A DNA stretch of 64,000 nt from a candidate division WOR-3 bacterium (GTDB taxonomy: Bacteria > Hydrothermota > 32-111): contig JBDRZU010000002.1 in assembly GCA_039804105.1 (NCBI GenBank), positions 96,001-160,000 of the forward strand. Reading direction: 5' to 3'. Of this stretch, positions 1 to 10,585 are shown piece after piece. Position 1 is the stretch's first letter. Every line of letters starts with the position of its first letter. The translations under genes and the position numbers were made by a program. Under the pieces are notes generated by a model. The model saw nothing but the letters and a program-made list of their open reading frames with translations. It did no database searches and had not been told where the DNA came from.

Positions 1-1145
1 TCACCAAGTTTTATAAATCCAACAGCAGCAACATCTGTGATAATATCACAAAGCGTGAATGTTAAACCATTATCTGTTGATTTATATAAAGCACCTGGAT
101 AAGTTGCTGTAACATAAATTGTTGCACCATTATCAAGTGAATATATTCCTGTAATATCTGAAGTATCTGGAATAACTCCGGTCGTATCGAGTGTTATCCA
201 GTTCTGACCACAATCATCTGATCTATAGAGTCCACCACCAAAAGTTCCATAACTGCCTGCAAAAAGTGAGTTTCCTATTTTTTCGATCGTTGTTAAAGCG
301 TATGGTTCACCGTTGTTTGTAAAATATGTATCAACTATACCCGATGGAATCCATGATCCACCTCTATCAAAGGAGATATAAACTGGCTCACCATATATAA
401 GGTTATCACCACATGCTATTAGTGTATCCCCGTTATATTTTATTATTTTATTGACCAAAAGATATCCAAGAGTATCGATTTTTGTGTATGTGACAAACCT
501 GTCAGTTGTTAAAAACACCTGTCCATCAAAATCAGCACTGTTTGGATCAGGATCACCACCTGCAATTAAAAATGTATCACCATTTAAATGAACAATATCA
601 TAAACTCTTGCTGCTTCTATCGGCTGTGAACCGATCGAATTCCAGGTTTTCAAATCACCACTTTTATAGATAAAACCAAAATTTATTGCACCCCAGTATC
701 CACCAGCAAAAATTGTATCGTTAACCTTTTCAAATGCTAAAAGTTCGCAATTGTTCTGGTTTACAGGTAAAGTATCAAATGATGTCCATGTTTGACCTTT
801 ACTTGTTGAAAAAGAAAGGTTCGCTTTTTTTCCACCAACAGCAAAAATCGTATCGTTGATGTTAACAAGATCATTCACAATCGTAACACTTCCAGCAGCA
901 GCAGGTGGATATGTTGAAATAACAGCAAAATTTGTATCTTCAATAAAACCAAGTGTTAAAGGTGTTGTTAAAAAATGTATCCTTTCTGAACTTAGGAATT
1001 TTGTGTTGTCATTAAAAACCTGTTGCCCTGCACCACCAGACCATGATGTCTGCTTGAAAGGATATTTTACATTTGGTCCTGTATAGGAGAAGATCATAAT
1101 TGAAACAATGAAAATAAGTGTTAAAATGAGAAATTTTTTGAACAT
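1..1145 (-). CDS. Secreted BNR/Asp-box repeat beta-propeller protein (partial, runs off window start)
   Basis: Not in ORF track. Manual translation from ATG at 1145 (GGAGG upstream) gives MFKKFLILTLIFIVSIMIFS (signal peptide) and Asp-box motifs STSKGQTW, SFDRGGSW, RSDDCGQNW, SLDNGATI, STDNGLTF. Confidence 0.8.
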   Translation of the reverse strand, partial: MFKKFLILTLIFIVSIMIFSYTGPNVKYPFKQTSWSGGAGQQVFNDNTKFLSSERIHFLTTPLTLGFIEDTNFAVISTYPPAAAGSVTIVNDLVNINDTIFAVGGKKANLSFSTSKGQTWTSFDTLPVNQNNCELLAFEKVNDTIFAGGYWGAINFGFIYKSGDLKTWNSIGSQPIEAARVYDIVHLNGDTFLIAGGDPDPNSADFDGQVFLTTDRFVTYTKIDTLGYLLVNKIIKYNGDTLIACGDNLIYGEPVYISFDRGGSWIPSGIVDTYFTNNGEPYALTTIEKIGNSLFAGSYGTFGGGLYRSDDCGQNWITLDTTGVIPDTSDITGIYSLDNGATIYVTATYPGALYKSTDNGLTFTLCDIITDVAAVGFIKLG

Positions 1146-1156
1146 AAAACCTCCAG

Positions 1157-3316
1157 TTAAAATTTAACAATCTTTTTGATTTTTTCCCCTTCAAGTTTTT
1201 TAAAGTAAACTCCCCTTTTTAAAACACCTTCAACAACCTTTCTACCACTTAAATCATAAATTTCATGTTTGTTTAAAAAAGTAAATTTGGATATTTCAAC
1301 TTCAATATCCATCTCTTTTGTTTCTCCCCCATAACTTAAAAGTTTTAAATTATAAATATTTTTACCTATTTTGGGTGTTCTGTCAATAGAAAAATTATTG
1401 TAAACTTCAACCTTTTTTGAAAGAGTTTTATTGACACATTCCAGAATTCTATAGTTTATATCGTTTAAAATAATTTTTACAAAATTTTGATTCTTTTCTA
1501 TTGAGAAAACTACTTGATCTGCTCTGACAGATTGACTTCTTAAACTTCTGAAAACATTTAAAAATCCATATCCTGTAAAGAGTTCATAATCTCTATCAAC
1601 AGATACAATATCAGCACCTTTTTTTATTAGTTCATAAAGTTGATTAACATTCAAATTCGAATCTGCCTGAAGAAGTTGAACCAGAGCAACACCTGTAAAA
1701 ATCGATGAATAACTTGTTCCAAGGAAAAATCCAAAAGAGTCCTTATACCCTATACCATCACTGCCAAATTTATAACTTAAAATATATTTACCTGGAGAAT
1801 AGATATCAGGTTTTAGATTATCTTCACTTTTTGAGTTAAAAGATGATATTGTAAAGAGAGTATCTTCACTTACAAAAAGATATGTGTTTCTTCTTGAAAG
1901 GTATGAACCTGATGATATCACATTTTCAATAAGAGCAGGAGAACATAAAGTTTTTTTTCTGTCACCATCAAAAAAATTATCATAAGAGGGTTTCACAAAT
2001 GTTCCACCTCTTGAGATGAAAAATTCAACTGGATTCTCTTTCAATGTTTTAAAGATCTGTATTACAAGATAACTTTTGTTTTGATGTTCAAATAAAAGAT
2101 GTGAAAAATTTTTTTCATCGTTAAAACCAAAACCTAAGAAGAAATCTTTACCATAACAATAAAAAACAGGAGTATCTTTTAAATCGATCCAATCTGAAAA
2201 AAGCAAACTTCCATCAGATACAACAAAAAATCTTATCGAAAGGTCATTGTCGTTTGAGATATCTATATCAAGATTTTTCGAAGAATCTGTAAGGATTAGA
2301 ACAGAACTGTTTGAAAGAATATCATCATTTTTTATACTGTAGTTATCATATACTTTTGCATGGATTTTTAGATTTCCAAGATTTCCAGCAGGAACGGAAA
2401 TTCCTCTTTTTGTCTCTGTTAATGGAAAGAGTTTTTTTATCCCCTCTTCAAACAGATCCTGACCATTATGAAAACCCCAATAATAGGTTAACGGCATAAA
2501 CACAACAAACGGTTTTTTAAAATATTCACATTTTTGCACAAGATATTTTAATCCATCAAGAACATTTTTTGTGTTCAGATAGGTGTTGACTGCTATTATT
2601 TTAGATTTTTTAATCAAACCTTCTGAGAAATAGGACTCAGATGAGAGTATCGAAAGAAGAGAAGTTCCATGACCTTTAACATCCTCGATATTACAGTTCA
2701 AAACATTTAAAGAATCGATCTCTTCTCCATAACCAAAATTTTCAGGTGGAAATGGAGAAAAACCTTTCTGGTTCCAAATAAGTTTGAATTTTGAAAAATT
2801 ATCTTTTTTAAAAATATCAAGTGATGGTAAAAAACCTTCATCAATAAAACCTATATTTACACCTTCACCATCATATCCCATATCAACCATCTGTGAAATT
2901 CTTGTCCAGTAAGCACCACTATCAGATGATTGGAAGATCGGTTTTGAAATTTCACAAAAATTCAAGAAGTTTGAATCTGAAAGTACTTTCAACTGTGAAA
3001 AATCGATATAACCTGTTATCAAAGAATCAGAGATCACAACACTTTCAAAAAGAAATGTTTTTAACTTGTTAACATCACCTTTTAATATAACAGGGATCTG
3101 TGATTTTGTATTCTTTTGAAACTGATAATTGTATGAAAAAATTGAATCTGTATGTGAAATATCAAAAATAATTTTTTCCCTACTTTCACTCAAAAAAATT
3201 TGCTGCCCCAAATCCTCTGAAAAATATGAGAGCAAGGTTGGATCAAGTTTTGAAAGGTCCAAAGAAAAAATGTTGAAAAAAATTATCAGAGGAAAAATTT
3301 TTAAAAATATTTTCAT
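1157..3316 (-). CDS. Secreted S8 (subtilisin-like) serine peptidase with T9SS-like C-terminal tail
   Basis: Signal peptide; triad-like motifs IGFIDEG, GHGT, GTSYSS; oxyanion PAGN; KPDIYSPG; C-terminal EIYDLSGRKV...GVYF. Motifs somewhat divergent. Confidence 0.75.
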   Translation of the reverse strand: MKIFLKIFPLIIFFNIFSLDLSKLDPTLLSYFSEDLGQQIFLSESREKIIFDISHTDSIFSYNYQFQKNTKSQIPVILKGDVNKLKTFLFESVVISDSLITGYIDFSQLKVLSDSNFLNFCEISKPIFQSSDSGAYWTRISQMVDMGYDGEGVNIGFIDEGFLPSLDIFKKDNFSKFKLIWNQKGFSPFPPENFGYGEEIDSLNVLNCNIEDVKGHGTSLLSILSSESYFSEGLIKKSKIIAVNTYLNTKNVLDGLKYLVQKCEYFKKPFVVFMPLTYYWGFHNGQDLFEEGIKKLFPLTETKRGISVPAGNLGNLKIHAKVYDNYSIKNDDILSNSSVLILTDSSKNLDIDISNDNDLSIRFFVVSDGSLLFSDWIDLKDTPVFYCYGKDFFLGFGFNDEKNFSHLLFEHQNKSYLVIQIFKTLKENPVEFFISRGGTFVKPSYDNFFDGDRKKTLCSPALIENVISSGSYLSRRNTYLFVSEDTLFTISSFNSKSEDNLKPDIYSPGKYILSYKFGSDGIGYKDSFGFFLGTSYSSIFTGVALVQLLQADSNLNVNQLYELIKKGADIVSVDRDYELFTGYGFLNVFRSLRSQSVRADQVVFSIEKNQNFVKIILNDINYRILECVNKTLSKKVEVYNNFSIDRTPKIGKNIYNLKLLSYGGETKEMDIEVEISKFTFLNKHEIYDLSGRKVVEGVLKRGVYFKKLEGEKIKKIVKF

Positions 3317-3323
3317 ATATTTT

Positions 3324-3353
3324 ATTGTAAACCTAAAAACATAAAATTGTCAA
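3324..3353 (-). promoter_or_regulatory. sigma70-type promoter of the S8 peptidase (likely leaderless)
   Basis: TTGACA-N18-TACAAT ending 7 nt before the ATG; no SD. Confidence 0.55.
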
Positions 3354-3373
3354 CAATTATCTTAAACAAACTA

Positions 3374-3401
3374 TTGACATTTAAAAATTTTTTCGTATTA
3401 T
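3374..3401 (+). promoter_or_regulatory. sigma70-type promoter of tRNA-Phe/tRNA-Leu
   Basis: TTGACA-N16-TATTAT ending 11 nt before tRNA-Phe. Confidence 0.7.
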
Positions 3402-3412
3402 TTTTGTTTTAA

Positions 3413-3485
<73 letters not shown>

Positions 3486-3489
3486 CTCT

Positions 3490-3573
3490 GCCGGGGTGGC
3501 GAAACTGGCAGACGCGCACGTTTGAGGGGCGTGTGGGCTTCCCGTAGGGGTTCAAGTCCCCTCCCCGGCACCA
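3490..3573 (+). tRNA. tRNA-Leu (GAG)
   Basis: GCCGGGG...CCCCGGC-ACCA, anticodon arm CACGT-TT-GAG-GG-GCGTG, long variable arm. Confidence 0.95.
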
Positions 3574-3576
3574 AAA

Positions 3577-5262
3577 TCAAAAAGTCGTAGGTGGTATTTC
3601 ATCTTTCAAAGATTTTTTTCTCTCATTTTTTATCGCAGTAATTATAGCATAAGATATGTTCCCTGTTAGTATTAAAAAGCCGATCAAAAAGAAAAACAAA
3701 GCACCCCAATTTATTTCTTTATATTTTTCATAAAGCACATAGATAAGAGAAATAACAAAAAGAAACACAAGATAAAGTTTACCTATATTTGAAACATCTT
3801 TCCAAACCTTTCCATTACTGACAAAGATTGAAATTAAAAGTGTTAATAAAACAACAAGAAAACCTCCAAAAATTCTCGCCGTTATTGGATAACCTCCATA
3901 AGGATTTTTGAATTCATTGAATATCGAATATAAAAGAAGAACAATCAAAAATAGCGGAACAATATATTTTATCGAGATTTCAAAAATTTTATCAATATTT
4001 ATCTCTGAAACCGAATTTATAAAACTTCTCAACCTATCACTACCAAAAAACCATGCAACGATAACCGTTTCAAACAGACCAACAACCAAAAGCCCATAGG
4101 TTAAAATCCAGTGATCAACTATGTCAAGCCAGAAGATTCCACTTCCAAAACAGTATAGAAGTCCAAATAAAAGATTAACACTAACAATTATGAATACAGA
4201 TTTTTTTCTTGAAAAGTTAAATCTATCTTTAAGACCCGTAACAACCGCTTCAATAAGTGAAACAAGAGATGTTAAACCCAAAAATAACAACATTGAAAAA
4301 AACAAAATTCCAAAAACATTTGGAAACGCGGGAATCTTTGCTATCGCTTCAGGATATGTTACAAAAGCGAGTCCAGGTCCTCCCAACCTTAAAGAATCAA
4401 TCGATACATTGTTTGAAAACGCAAGGAATCCAACAGTTGAAAAAACTGTTATACCTGCAATGAACTCAACAAGCGAATTTGTAAAACCAGTTATTTTAGC
4501 GTTGTTTGCTATATCGGTTTTTTCATCCCTGTAACTTGCATACGCTATAAGGATTCCAAATCCAAGAGAAAGTGTGTAGAATATTTGAGAAAATGCTTCG
4601 ATCCAAACATTTAAAGAAAGAAGTTTTTTAAAATCTGGAGTAAAGAATTTTTCTACTCCATCCAAAGAACCTTTAAGAGTTATACCTCTTAAAAGAAGAA
4701 CAAAAAGGATCAAAAAAGATAAGGGTAACAAAAATGTATTAAATTTTCCAAGTGTCTTAATCCCTTTTATAATTATAAAACCTGTGATCAGCCATACAAC
4801 AACCAAACCTATAAATATGTTAATATTAAATGATGAAAAATCAAAAGGTGTTGAGGACACCTTTAAAAAATCTTTGAAGAAAAAGTTTACACTACCTGAG
4901 ATGTTCCATGAAAGATTTAATGAGAAGAAAAGATAGTTCAAAGCCCATGACAGAACAACAGCATAGTATGAACAGATAACTGTTCCAACAAATATCGCAA
5001 ACCATCCGAGCCATTCCCATTTTTTTGAAATCGTTGAAAATGTTTTTGCTGCAGATCCCTGAAACTTTTGTCCTATCGCTGTTTCCATCATCAGCAAAGG
5101 AATCCCAGCAACAAAAAGTGCAACAAAGTATGGGATAAGAAATGCTCCACCACCATTTCGATACGCTACAAAAGGAAACCTCCACACATTACCAAGTCCA
5201 ACAGCGGAACCTATTGTTGAAAGCACAAAAGCGACCCTTGAACCCCACCTTTCTCTTTCCAT
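3577..5262 (-). CDS. Sodium-dependent NSS/SNF-family amino acid transporter with MetS-like C-terminal extension
   Basis: RERWGSR...GSAVGLGNVWRFP, GGGAFLIPY, QIFYTLSLGFG, GPGLAFVTYP signatures. Confidence 0.92.
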   Translation of the reverse strand: MERERWGSRVAFVLSTIGSAVGLGNVWRFPFVAYRNGGGAFLIPYFVALFVAGIPLLMMETAIGQKFQGSAAKTFSTISKKWEWLGWFAIFVGTVICSYYAVVLSWALNYLFFSLNLSWNISGSVNFFFKDFLKVSSTPFDFSSFNINIFIGLVVVWLITGFIIIKGIKTLGKFNTFLLPLSFLILFVLLLRGITLKGSLDGVEKFFTPDFKKLLSLNVWIEAFSQIFYTLSLGFGILIAYASYRDEKTDIANNAKITGFTNSLVEFIAGITVFSTVGFLAFSNNVSIDSLRLGGPGLAFVTYPEAIAKIPAFPNVFGILFFSMLLFLGLTSLVSLIEAVVTGLKDRFNFSRKKSVFIIVSVNLLFGLLYCFGSGIFWLDIVDHWILTYGLLVVGLFETVIVAWFFGSDRLRSFINSVSEINIDKIFEISIKYIVPLFLIVLLLYSIFNEFKNPYGGYPITARIFGGFLVVLLTLLISIFVSNGKVWKDVSNIGKLYLVFLFVISLIYVLYEKYKEINWGALFFFLIGFLILTGNISYAIITAIKNERKKSLKDEIPPTTF

Positions 5263-5270
5263 TGAACCTC

Positions 5271-6275
5271 CTATTTTTCAATCACACCAGAAAGAACAAC
5301 TTTATCTTCATTATAAAATACAGCTATTTGACCTGGAGTAACACCATAGATGTAATCTTTTGTTTTCACTTTTATAAGATTTTCTTGTGTCTCTATTGAA
5401 CAATCGACCTCTTCATTTCTGTATCTTATTTTCACTTTTAAATCATTTTCCTCATCTGAAAATTTTTCTATCGGAGAAACAAAAAACTCTTTTACTTTTA
5501 AATCTTCCCTTTTACAAACAACTATTCGATTCTCCTGCGGTATTATTCTTTTCACAAAGAGTTTTTCATCCATTCCACCGATCCTAACATTCTGTCCAAT
5601 AGTGAATTTAAAATATCCCGAATGTTTCTTTAAAACTTTTCCGTTTTCATCAACCATCTCTCCAAATTCATCTAAAAAGCCCTCCCCTTTTAGAAAAGAT
5701 ACATAATTGTCTTTTATAAAACAGATATCCTGACTCTCCTTTTCAAAAAATTTTATATCATAATCTGACACATACTTTTTTACTTCATCTTTCGTAGAAA
5801 ACGATGTTATCGAATTTTCAAAATATTTTAAGTGCTCTCTTTTAACAGTTGAAACATAATAGGACTGATCCTTTCTTCTATCTTTACCTTTATAAAGAAA
5901 TCCATTCTCAACCTTTATATAATGTCCTGTGCTGAATTTTTCGATCCCAAGATCTTTCGCTTTTGATAAAATTAGTGGAAATTTTACCAATCTGTTACAG
6001 AATGCACATGGGTTTGGGGTTCTTCCTTCCCTGTATGTATTTATAAAGTAATCTATTATAGTTTCTTTAAAAAATTTTCTTTTATCTTCAAAAACCAACT
6101 GGAAACCAATATTTTGATAAATTTTTTCCACTTTATCTTTATCTTTAAAATTCTTTTCAGTTAATATCAAAAAATAAGGGTAAACTTTATAATTTTGATT
6201 TTTAAAAAATAAAACTGAGGCAAGAGAATCAATGCCACCTGAAACCCCGACAAGAATTTTTTTCATATCATTCAA
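5271..6275 (-). CDS. mnmA: tRNA 2-thiouridine(34) synthase MnmA
   Basis: SGGIDS PP-loop, TPNPCAFCN, TGHY, KDQSY, ESQDICF, TPGQ. Start may be ATG at 6266. Confidence 0.92.
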   Translation of the reverse strand: MNDMKKILVGVSGGIDSLASVLFFKNQNYKVYPYFLILTEKNFKDKDKVEKIYQNIGFQLVFEDKRKFFKETIIDYFINTYREGRTPNPCAFCNRLVKFPLILSKAKDLGIEKFSTGHYIKVENGFLYKGKDRRKDQSYYVSTVKREHLKYFENSITSFSTKDEVKKYVSDYDIKFFEKESQDICFIKDNYVSFLKGEGFLDEFGEMVDENGKVLKKHSGYFKFTIGQNVRIGGMDEKLFVKRIIPQENRIVVCKREDLKVKEFFVSPIEKFSDEENDLKVKIRYRNEEVDCSIETQENLIKVKTKDYIYGVTPGQIAVFYNEDKVVLSGVIEK

Positions 6276-7944
6276 ATTTTACATAAATATAATCGACTTT
6301 CAATAGCTGGTTGTAAAAAGGTGAAAAGATTACTCTGTAATCTTTACCTTTTATCTGGGTTTCAAGTGTTATATTTTCAAGACCAAAATTTACTTTATCA
6401 AGTATATTTCTGACCTTTCTCTCTTTTTCGTTTTCAAAAATTTCATAAATATTTTTCTGAATAAACACTTCTTCAAAAACTTTATTTTTTATAACAATAT
6501 CTCCTTTTTTATCTATAACACATAAAGGTTTGTCACTTTCATACCATAAAGGAAAAATTTCAGCAAATATATCCTCTGATACCTTCCATTCTTTAACAGT
6601 GTTGTATTCAAAACCAAAAAGAAGTATAAAAATGTTATCTTTATGTTTAAAAGATGTTATGTTGAAAAGAATGTTTATATTGCTTTTTCCAACTTTAATC
6701 GGTATAAAAACCATTTTTGAAACTTCATTCTCTACCACAAACTTTAAAGAATCCTTAACAAAACTCTGTTTCTCTTCTAAAATAAGATCAAAGAAATTCT
6801 TTTTGAATGTTATCCTGTTGTTTGAGAAAAAAATTTCACCATTCTCTTTTATTGTAAAAAGATATATATCCCTTGTTTTCAAAATCCCTAAAAGTATCTT
6901 CTCGTAAAACTCTTTTTCAGATTCAGTAAGATTTTTTTCTTCAAAAATCTCTTTGAAAATTTCTATATCCTCACTCACCCTTTCCTGCAAATATTTTATA
7001 AAGAAAATTGCCACAATCACTATCAAAATAAACATTAGTATTATAAAAAAGGTCTGCCACCTAAAAATCGAATTAAAAATCTCTTTAACCTCATATTCTG
7101 GAGAATAACAATAGATATACCATCTTGAACCATAAACCTCAATATGGGATTTCACAAGAATAAATTTTTCGTTTCTTTTAAAAACACCAAAAGAGTTCAG
7201 TGAAGATAACCTCATCGAAATAAAATTCTGGTTTGAATCTATGAGAGAAGTATCATTTATAAAAAAGAATTTGTTTATGTTTGAGATGTTTTCGAACTCT
7301 TTGAAAAAATCGGGAGAGTATACTATCTTCCCATCACCATTGAAAACTATAAGAAATGAATTTTTTGTCGGTTTTATATCCGAAAGGTATTCATCATACA
7401 AAAGGTTAAAAGGAAGAAGATATGAAAATGCACCATCAAAAACTCTGTTTTTGTAAACTGGATGAGCGAGTGCAATCGCTTTAAAACCCTGAACTGCTAA
7501 AAAAGGTTTTGAGATCACAAACCTTTTCTCAGTAAAAACTTTTTTGTTATGTTCCTGATAAAGAACATTCTGGTTTATGAACTCTTTTTGATATGGTGAA
7601 GTGTATGAAATTTTTCCAGTTTTATTGATTCTTGTAACAGCAACATATCTTTTATTGTTAACATTCTGTATCGAATCTATTAAAAATTTACCAAGAGGAG
7701 TCAGATCAACTATATCCTTATTTTTACTGTATATTGAAAGTTCTTCTATGTTTCTCTGTAAACAGTTGTATACACCATGTTTTGCTGTTTCTATTAGGTT
7801 TTTTGTTATCGAAAGATGATTCTCATATACAAGACGAATCAAAAACATATTAGTGAGTAAATATACAAATGATAATATTATCAAAAATATAATCACAAAA
7901 ACAAGAAACAGTTTAAAAAGGTTCTTTATATTCCCATTCGCCAT
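6268..7944 (-). CDS. Membrane sensor: TM - Cache-like extracytoplasmic domain - TM - PAS-like cytoplasmic region; no recognisable output domain
   Basis: Two TM helices flanking ISKPFLAVQG..IALAHPVY and DGKIVYSP Cache-like motifs; C-terminal LCVIDKKGDIVIKNKVFEEVF is PAS-like. Confidence 0.65.
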   Translation of the reverse strand: MANGNIKNLFKLFLVFVIIFLIILSFVYLLTNMFLIRLVYENHLSITKNLIETAKHGVYNCLQRNIEELSIYSKNKDIVDLTPLGKFLIDSIQNVNNKRYVAVTRINKTGKISYTSPYQKEFINQNVLYQEHNKKVFTEKRFVISKPFLAVQGFKAIALAHPVYKNRVFDGAFSYLLPFNLLYDEYLSDIKPTKNSFLIVFNGDGKIVYSPDFFKEFENISNINKFFFINDTSLIDSNQNFISMRLSSLNSFGVFKRNEKFILVKSHIEVYGSRWYIYCYSPEYEVKEIFNSIFRWQTFFIILMFILIVIVAIFFIKYLQERVSEDIEIFKEIFEEKNLTESEKEFYEKILLGILKTRDIYLFTIKENGEIFFSNNRITFKKNFFDLILEEKQSFVKDSLKFVVENEVSKMVFIPIKVGKSNINILFNITSFKHKDNIFILLFGFEYNTVKEWKVSEDIFAEIFPLWYESDKPLCVIDKKGDIVIKNKVFEEVFIQKNIYEIFENEKERKVRNILDKVNFGLENITLETQIKGKDYRVIFSPFYNQLLKVDYIYVKFE

Positions 7945-7984
7945 TAATAGAATTTTATTTTAGATTTAACTTAAAGTCAAGAGA

Positions 7985-9085
7985 TTAAAATAAAAGAAAA
8001 GAGGTATCACCTTTTTTGTAAAATGACATCTTATAACCATTGTTACCAAGTATTTTTCTTTTAATATGATCTTTTGAAAGATTTTTTATAGCATCTGCAA
8101 TTTCTTTGTAATCTTTTTCCTTTACAATTAGACAGTTGAAACCATCTATCAAAACATCTTTTGAACCACAAGACCCGGTTGCAATGATCGGTAATCTAAA
8201 AGCACCTGCTTCAAGGTAAACTATTCCAAAACCTTCAAAATCCCCCCTATGGTAAAAAACAGGTAAAATAAAAATATCCGATTCTTCGTACAGTTTATAA
8301 ACTTCAATGTTTTTTAAATCGGTCTTTATGAAAACTTTTTCTTCAAGTTTAAAATCTTCTATAAACTTTTCCAGTTTTTCTCTATAATTTCCATTTCCAA
8401 CAATATAGTATCTAAAATTTATTTCATCCTTTAAAATATCGAGTGCCTTCAAAACATATTGAATTCCTTTTCTTGTAGTGAACTGTGCAACTGAAATTAA
8501 GGTTATCGCATCTTTCTGTTTATACTCTTTTTGTTCGATTCTTTTACCTGAATATCTTGGAGAGATTATAAAAATTTCTTTTCTGGTTATTTTTTTCAAC
8601 AAACTTTCAGTATAAGAACTTATCGTTATTATCCTGTCAACTCTGTTCAACAGAAATTTTTTCAAAATGTTCACAAAACCTGATTTTCTTTTAAGGTATG
8701 GATCAAAAATGTTCACATCCGTTCCATAAGCAAAACAAACAATTTTAGTTTTTGGATAAAATTTTTTATAAACATAAGAGAATATTGTTGTAGGTATAAC
8801 AGATTCAGAATAAATATAATCTATTCTTCCCCTATTTCTGAAGAGAAACTTTATTATTTTCAAGTAAAAATCAAGTCGATAAAATCTACCCTTCAATGGA
8901 AGGTTTTTTGACCTTATGATATCTTTGAAAATCGTCAAATCCTCTTCAGGTTCAGTAAAAAGAGGTGTCTGTGTTATCACGACGAGTTGATCTTTATACT
9001 TATACTCTTTAAAAACACTGTAAAGATAATGGGAAATCCCACCTCTATATGGTGGAAAAGAGATCGTCAGTAAAACCTTTATCAT
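7985..9085 (-). CDS. Glycosyltransferase family 4
   Basis: FPPYRGGI N-terminus, RKG, EGFGIVYLEAG. Confidence 0.9.
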   Translation of the reverse strand: MIKVLLTISFPPYRGGISHYLYSVFKEYKYKDQLVVITQTPLFTEPEEDLTIFKDIIRSKNLPLKGRFYRLDFYLKIIKFLFRNRGRIDYIYSESVIPTTIFSYVYKKFYPKTKIVCFAYGTDVNIFDPYLKRKSGFVNILKKFLLNRVDRIITISSYTESLLKKITRKEIFIISPRYSGKRIEQKEYKQKDAITLISVAQFTTRKGIQYVLKALDILKDEINFRYYIVGNGNYREKLEKFIEDFKLEEKVFIKTDLKNIEVYKLYEESDIFILPVFYHRGDFEGFGIVYLEAGAFRLPIIATGSCGSKDVLIDGFNCLIVKEKDYKEIADAIKNLSKDHIKRKILGNNGYKMSFYKKGDTSFLLF

Positions 9086-10104
9086 TTTAACCTTATATTT
9101 CCATCGTTATCAATTTCAATCAAATTCTTTTTGAAATCTGATTCAGTTAAACTTTTCATCAGTTTTACAACCTCATAATCTTTATCGAATATAACTCCCT
9201 TAAACTTTTCCTGTTTAAAAGGATATATTTTACCTGAAATAAAATTTCCAACTGTATCGAGTTCAACATATAGAATCGGTGCTAATCCATTTATTCCTGA
9301 AATGTTGATTCCAGAAAATGTCATAAAATTGCCAAGAGAATATGCAATGAGTTTCCCTTTGTAAAGTTCAACCGCTCTGACAACATGGGGACCATGGCCT
9401 ATCACAAGATCAGCGCCTGCATCAATTACAGTATGTGCAAACCTGTATATATTACCTCTATATTCACCATACATATATTCAACTGTGTCCTTTATGTGTA
9501 AAGCATTTTTTCCTTCCTGTCCACCATGAAAAGTAACAATCACGATTTCATAAAATTTGGAAAGAGAATCAATAAGATTATAACTTTTCTTTAAATCTGT
9601 AAGATCGTTCATAAGGGAGTAGTTTGAAAAACCAACAACACATACCTTTCTACCGTTTAAATTAAAAATACCAAAATCGTTTAAAAAGCCCGTATACTGT
9701 ATAAAGTTTTCTGAAAGTACTTTTTTCGTTCTTAAAACTGAAATATCACCAAAATCCCTTATATGGTTGTTCGCAATGTTCAACACATTGAATCCAGCAT
9801 ATTTTAATGTTTTAACATATTTTTCAGGTGTTCTGAAAGCATAACTTTTTCCATCAACAACATTTTTTCTCAAACTTCCAGAATCAGATAAAGCAGATTC
9901 GAGATTCCCTATCCTGATATCACCTTTTTTTATTATAGATTCCGCTTCTTGAAAAAGATAGAATCCATCACCTTCTGGAACAGAAAATGATGGATAAACT
10001 GTTCCAACCATTATATCACCAACAGCAGTTATCTTTATAGTTTCACTCTTTAAAAAAGAAATGAAAAAAAACATGAAAAATAAAATAATGTTAAATTTTT
10101 TCAA
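9082..10104 (-). CDS. CapA-family (poly-gamma-glutamate synthesis-like) metallophosphatase
   Basis: AVGDIM, GNLE, NIANNH, FHGG, IGHGPHV, YSLGNF; signal peptide. Confidence 0.9.
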   Translation of the reverse strand: MKKFNIILFFMFFFISFLKSETIKITAVGDIMVGTVYPSFSVPEGDGFYLFQEAESIIKKGDIRIGNLESALSDSGSLRKNVVDGKSYAFRTPEKYVKTLKYAGFNVLNIANNHIRDFGDISVLRTKKVLSENFIQYTGFLNDFGIFNLNGRKVCVVGFSNYSLMNDLTDLKKSYNLIDSLSKFYEIVIVTFHGGQEGKNALHIKDTVEYMYGEYRGNIYRFAHTVIDAGADLVIGHGPHVVRAVELYKGKLIAYSLGNFMTFSGINISGINGLAPILYVELDTVGNFISGKIYPFKQEKFKGVIFDKDYEVVKLMKSLTESDFKKNLIEIDNDGNIRLK

Positions 10105-10585
10105 ATCTAACCCCTTTTTGATCTATTAACGCATAAGTTTTTTGTTTTGAAAGGAAAAGTGAAAATGCTCCAGGATTCACAATAACCTTTCCGTTTTCAG
10201 CTCTTGATTCAACTTTATGGGTATGACCATAAAAAATATATTTTGGATGCTCTTTTTGAATGTAATCATCCAAAAAGAACGGTTCATGCATCAAAATTAT
10301 ATACCCAAATGGTTCCAAAAAAATTTCAAAGGGAGAAGTTGAAAAAGATATCGATAGATCCCTTAAAATTTTTGATGTAACAAGATCCAATCTATCGTTG
10401 TTGCCCTTTACAAGATAAAACTCATCAGAAAGATTTCTTATGATCGAAAGATTGTTAAAATCAACAACATCACCAAGATGAATCGTTGCTAAAAATCTTT
10501 CATTTTCATACCTTTTTGTCAAAAATTGGAAAGATCCAATATCGTTATGAGTATCGGATATCAAAAGAATTCTTTTATCTTCCAT
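10091..10585 (-). CDS. YfcE/MJ0936-type metallophosphoesterase
   Basis: ISDTH, HLGD, VKGNND, GHTH, NPG. Confidence 0.9.
   Translation of the reverse strand: MEDKRILLISDTHNDIGSFQFLTKRYENERFLATIHLGDVVDFNNLSIIRNLSDEFYLVKGNNDRLDLVTSKILRDLSISFSTSPFEIFLEPFGYIILMHEPFFLDDYIQKEHPKYIFYGHTHKVESRAENGKVIVNPGAFSLFLSKQKTYALIDQKGVRFEKI

Noticed and set aside
856..1194. ORF-track entries 856..1086 (+) and 1012..1194 (-)
   Set aside because: Both overlap the real minus-strand gene starting at 1145, which the track missed because it runs off the window.
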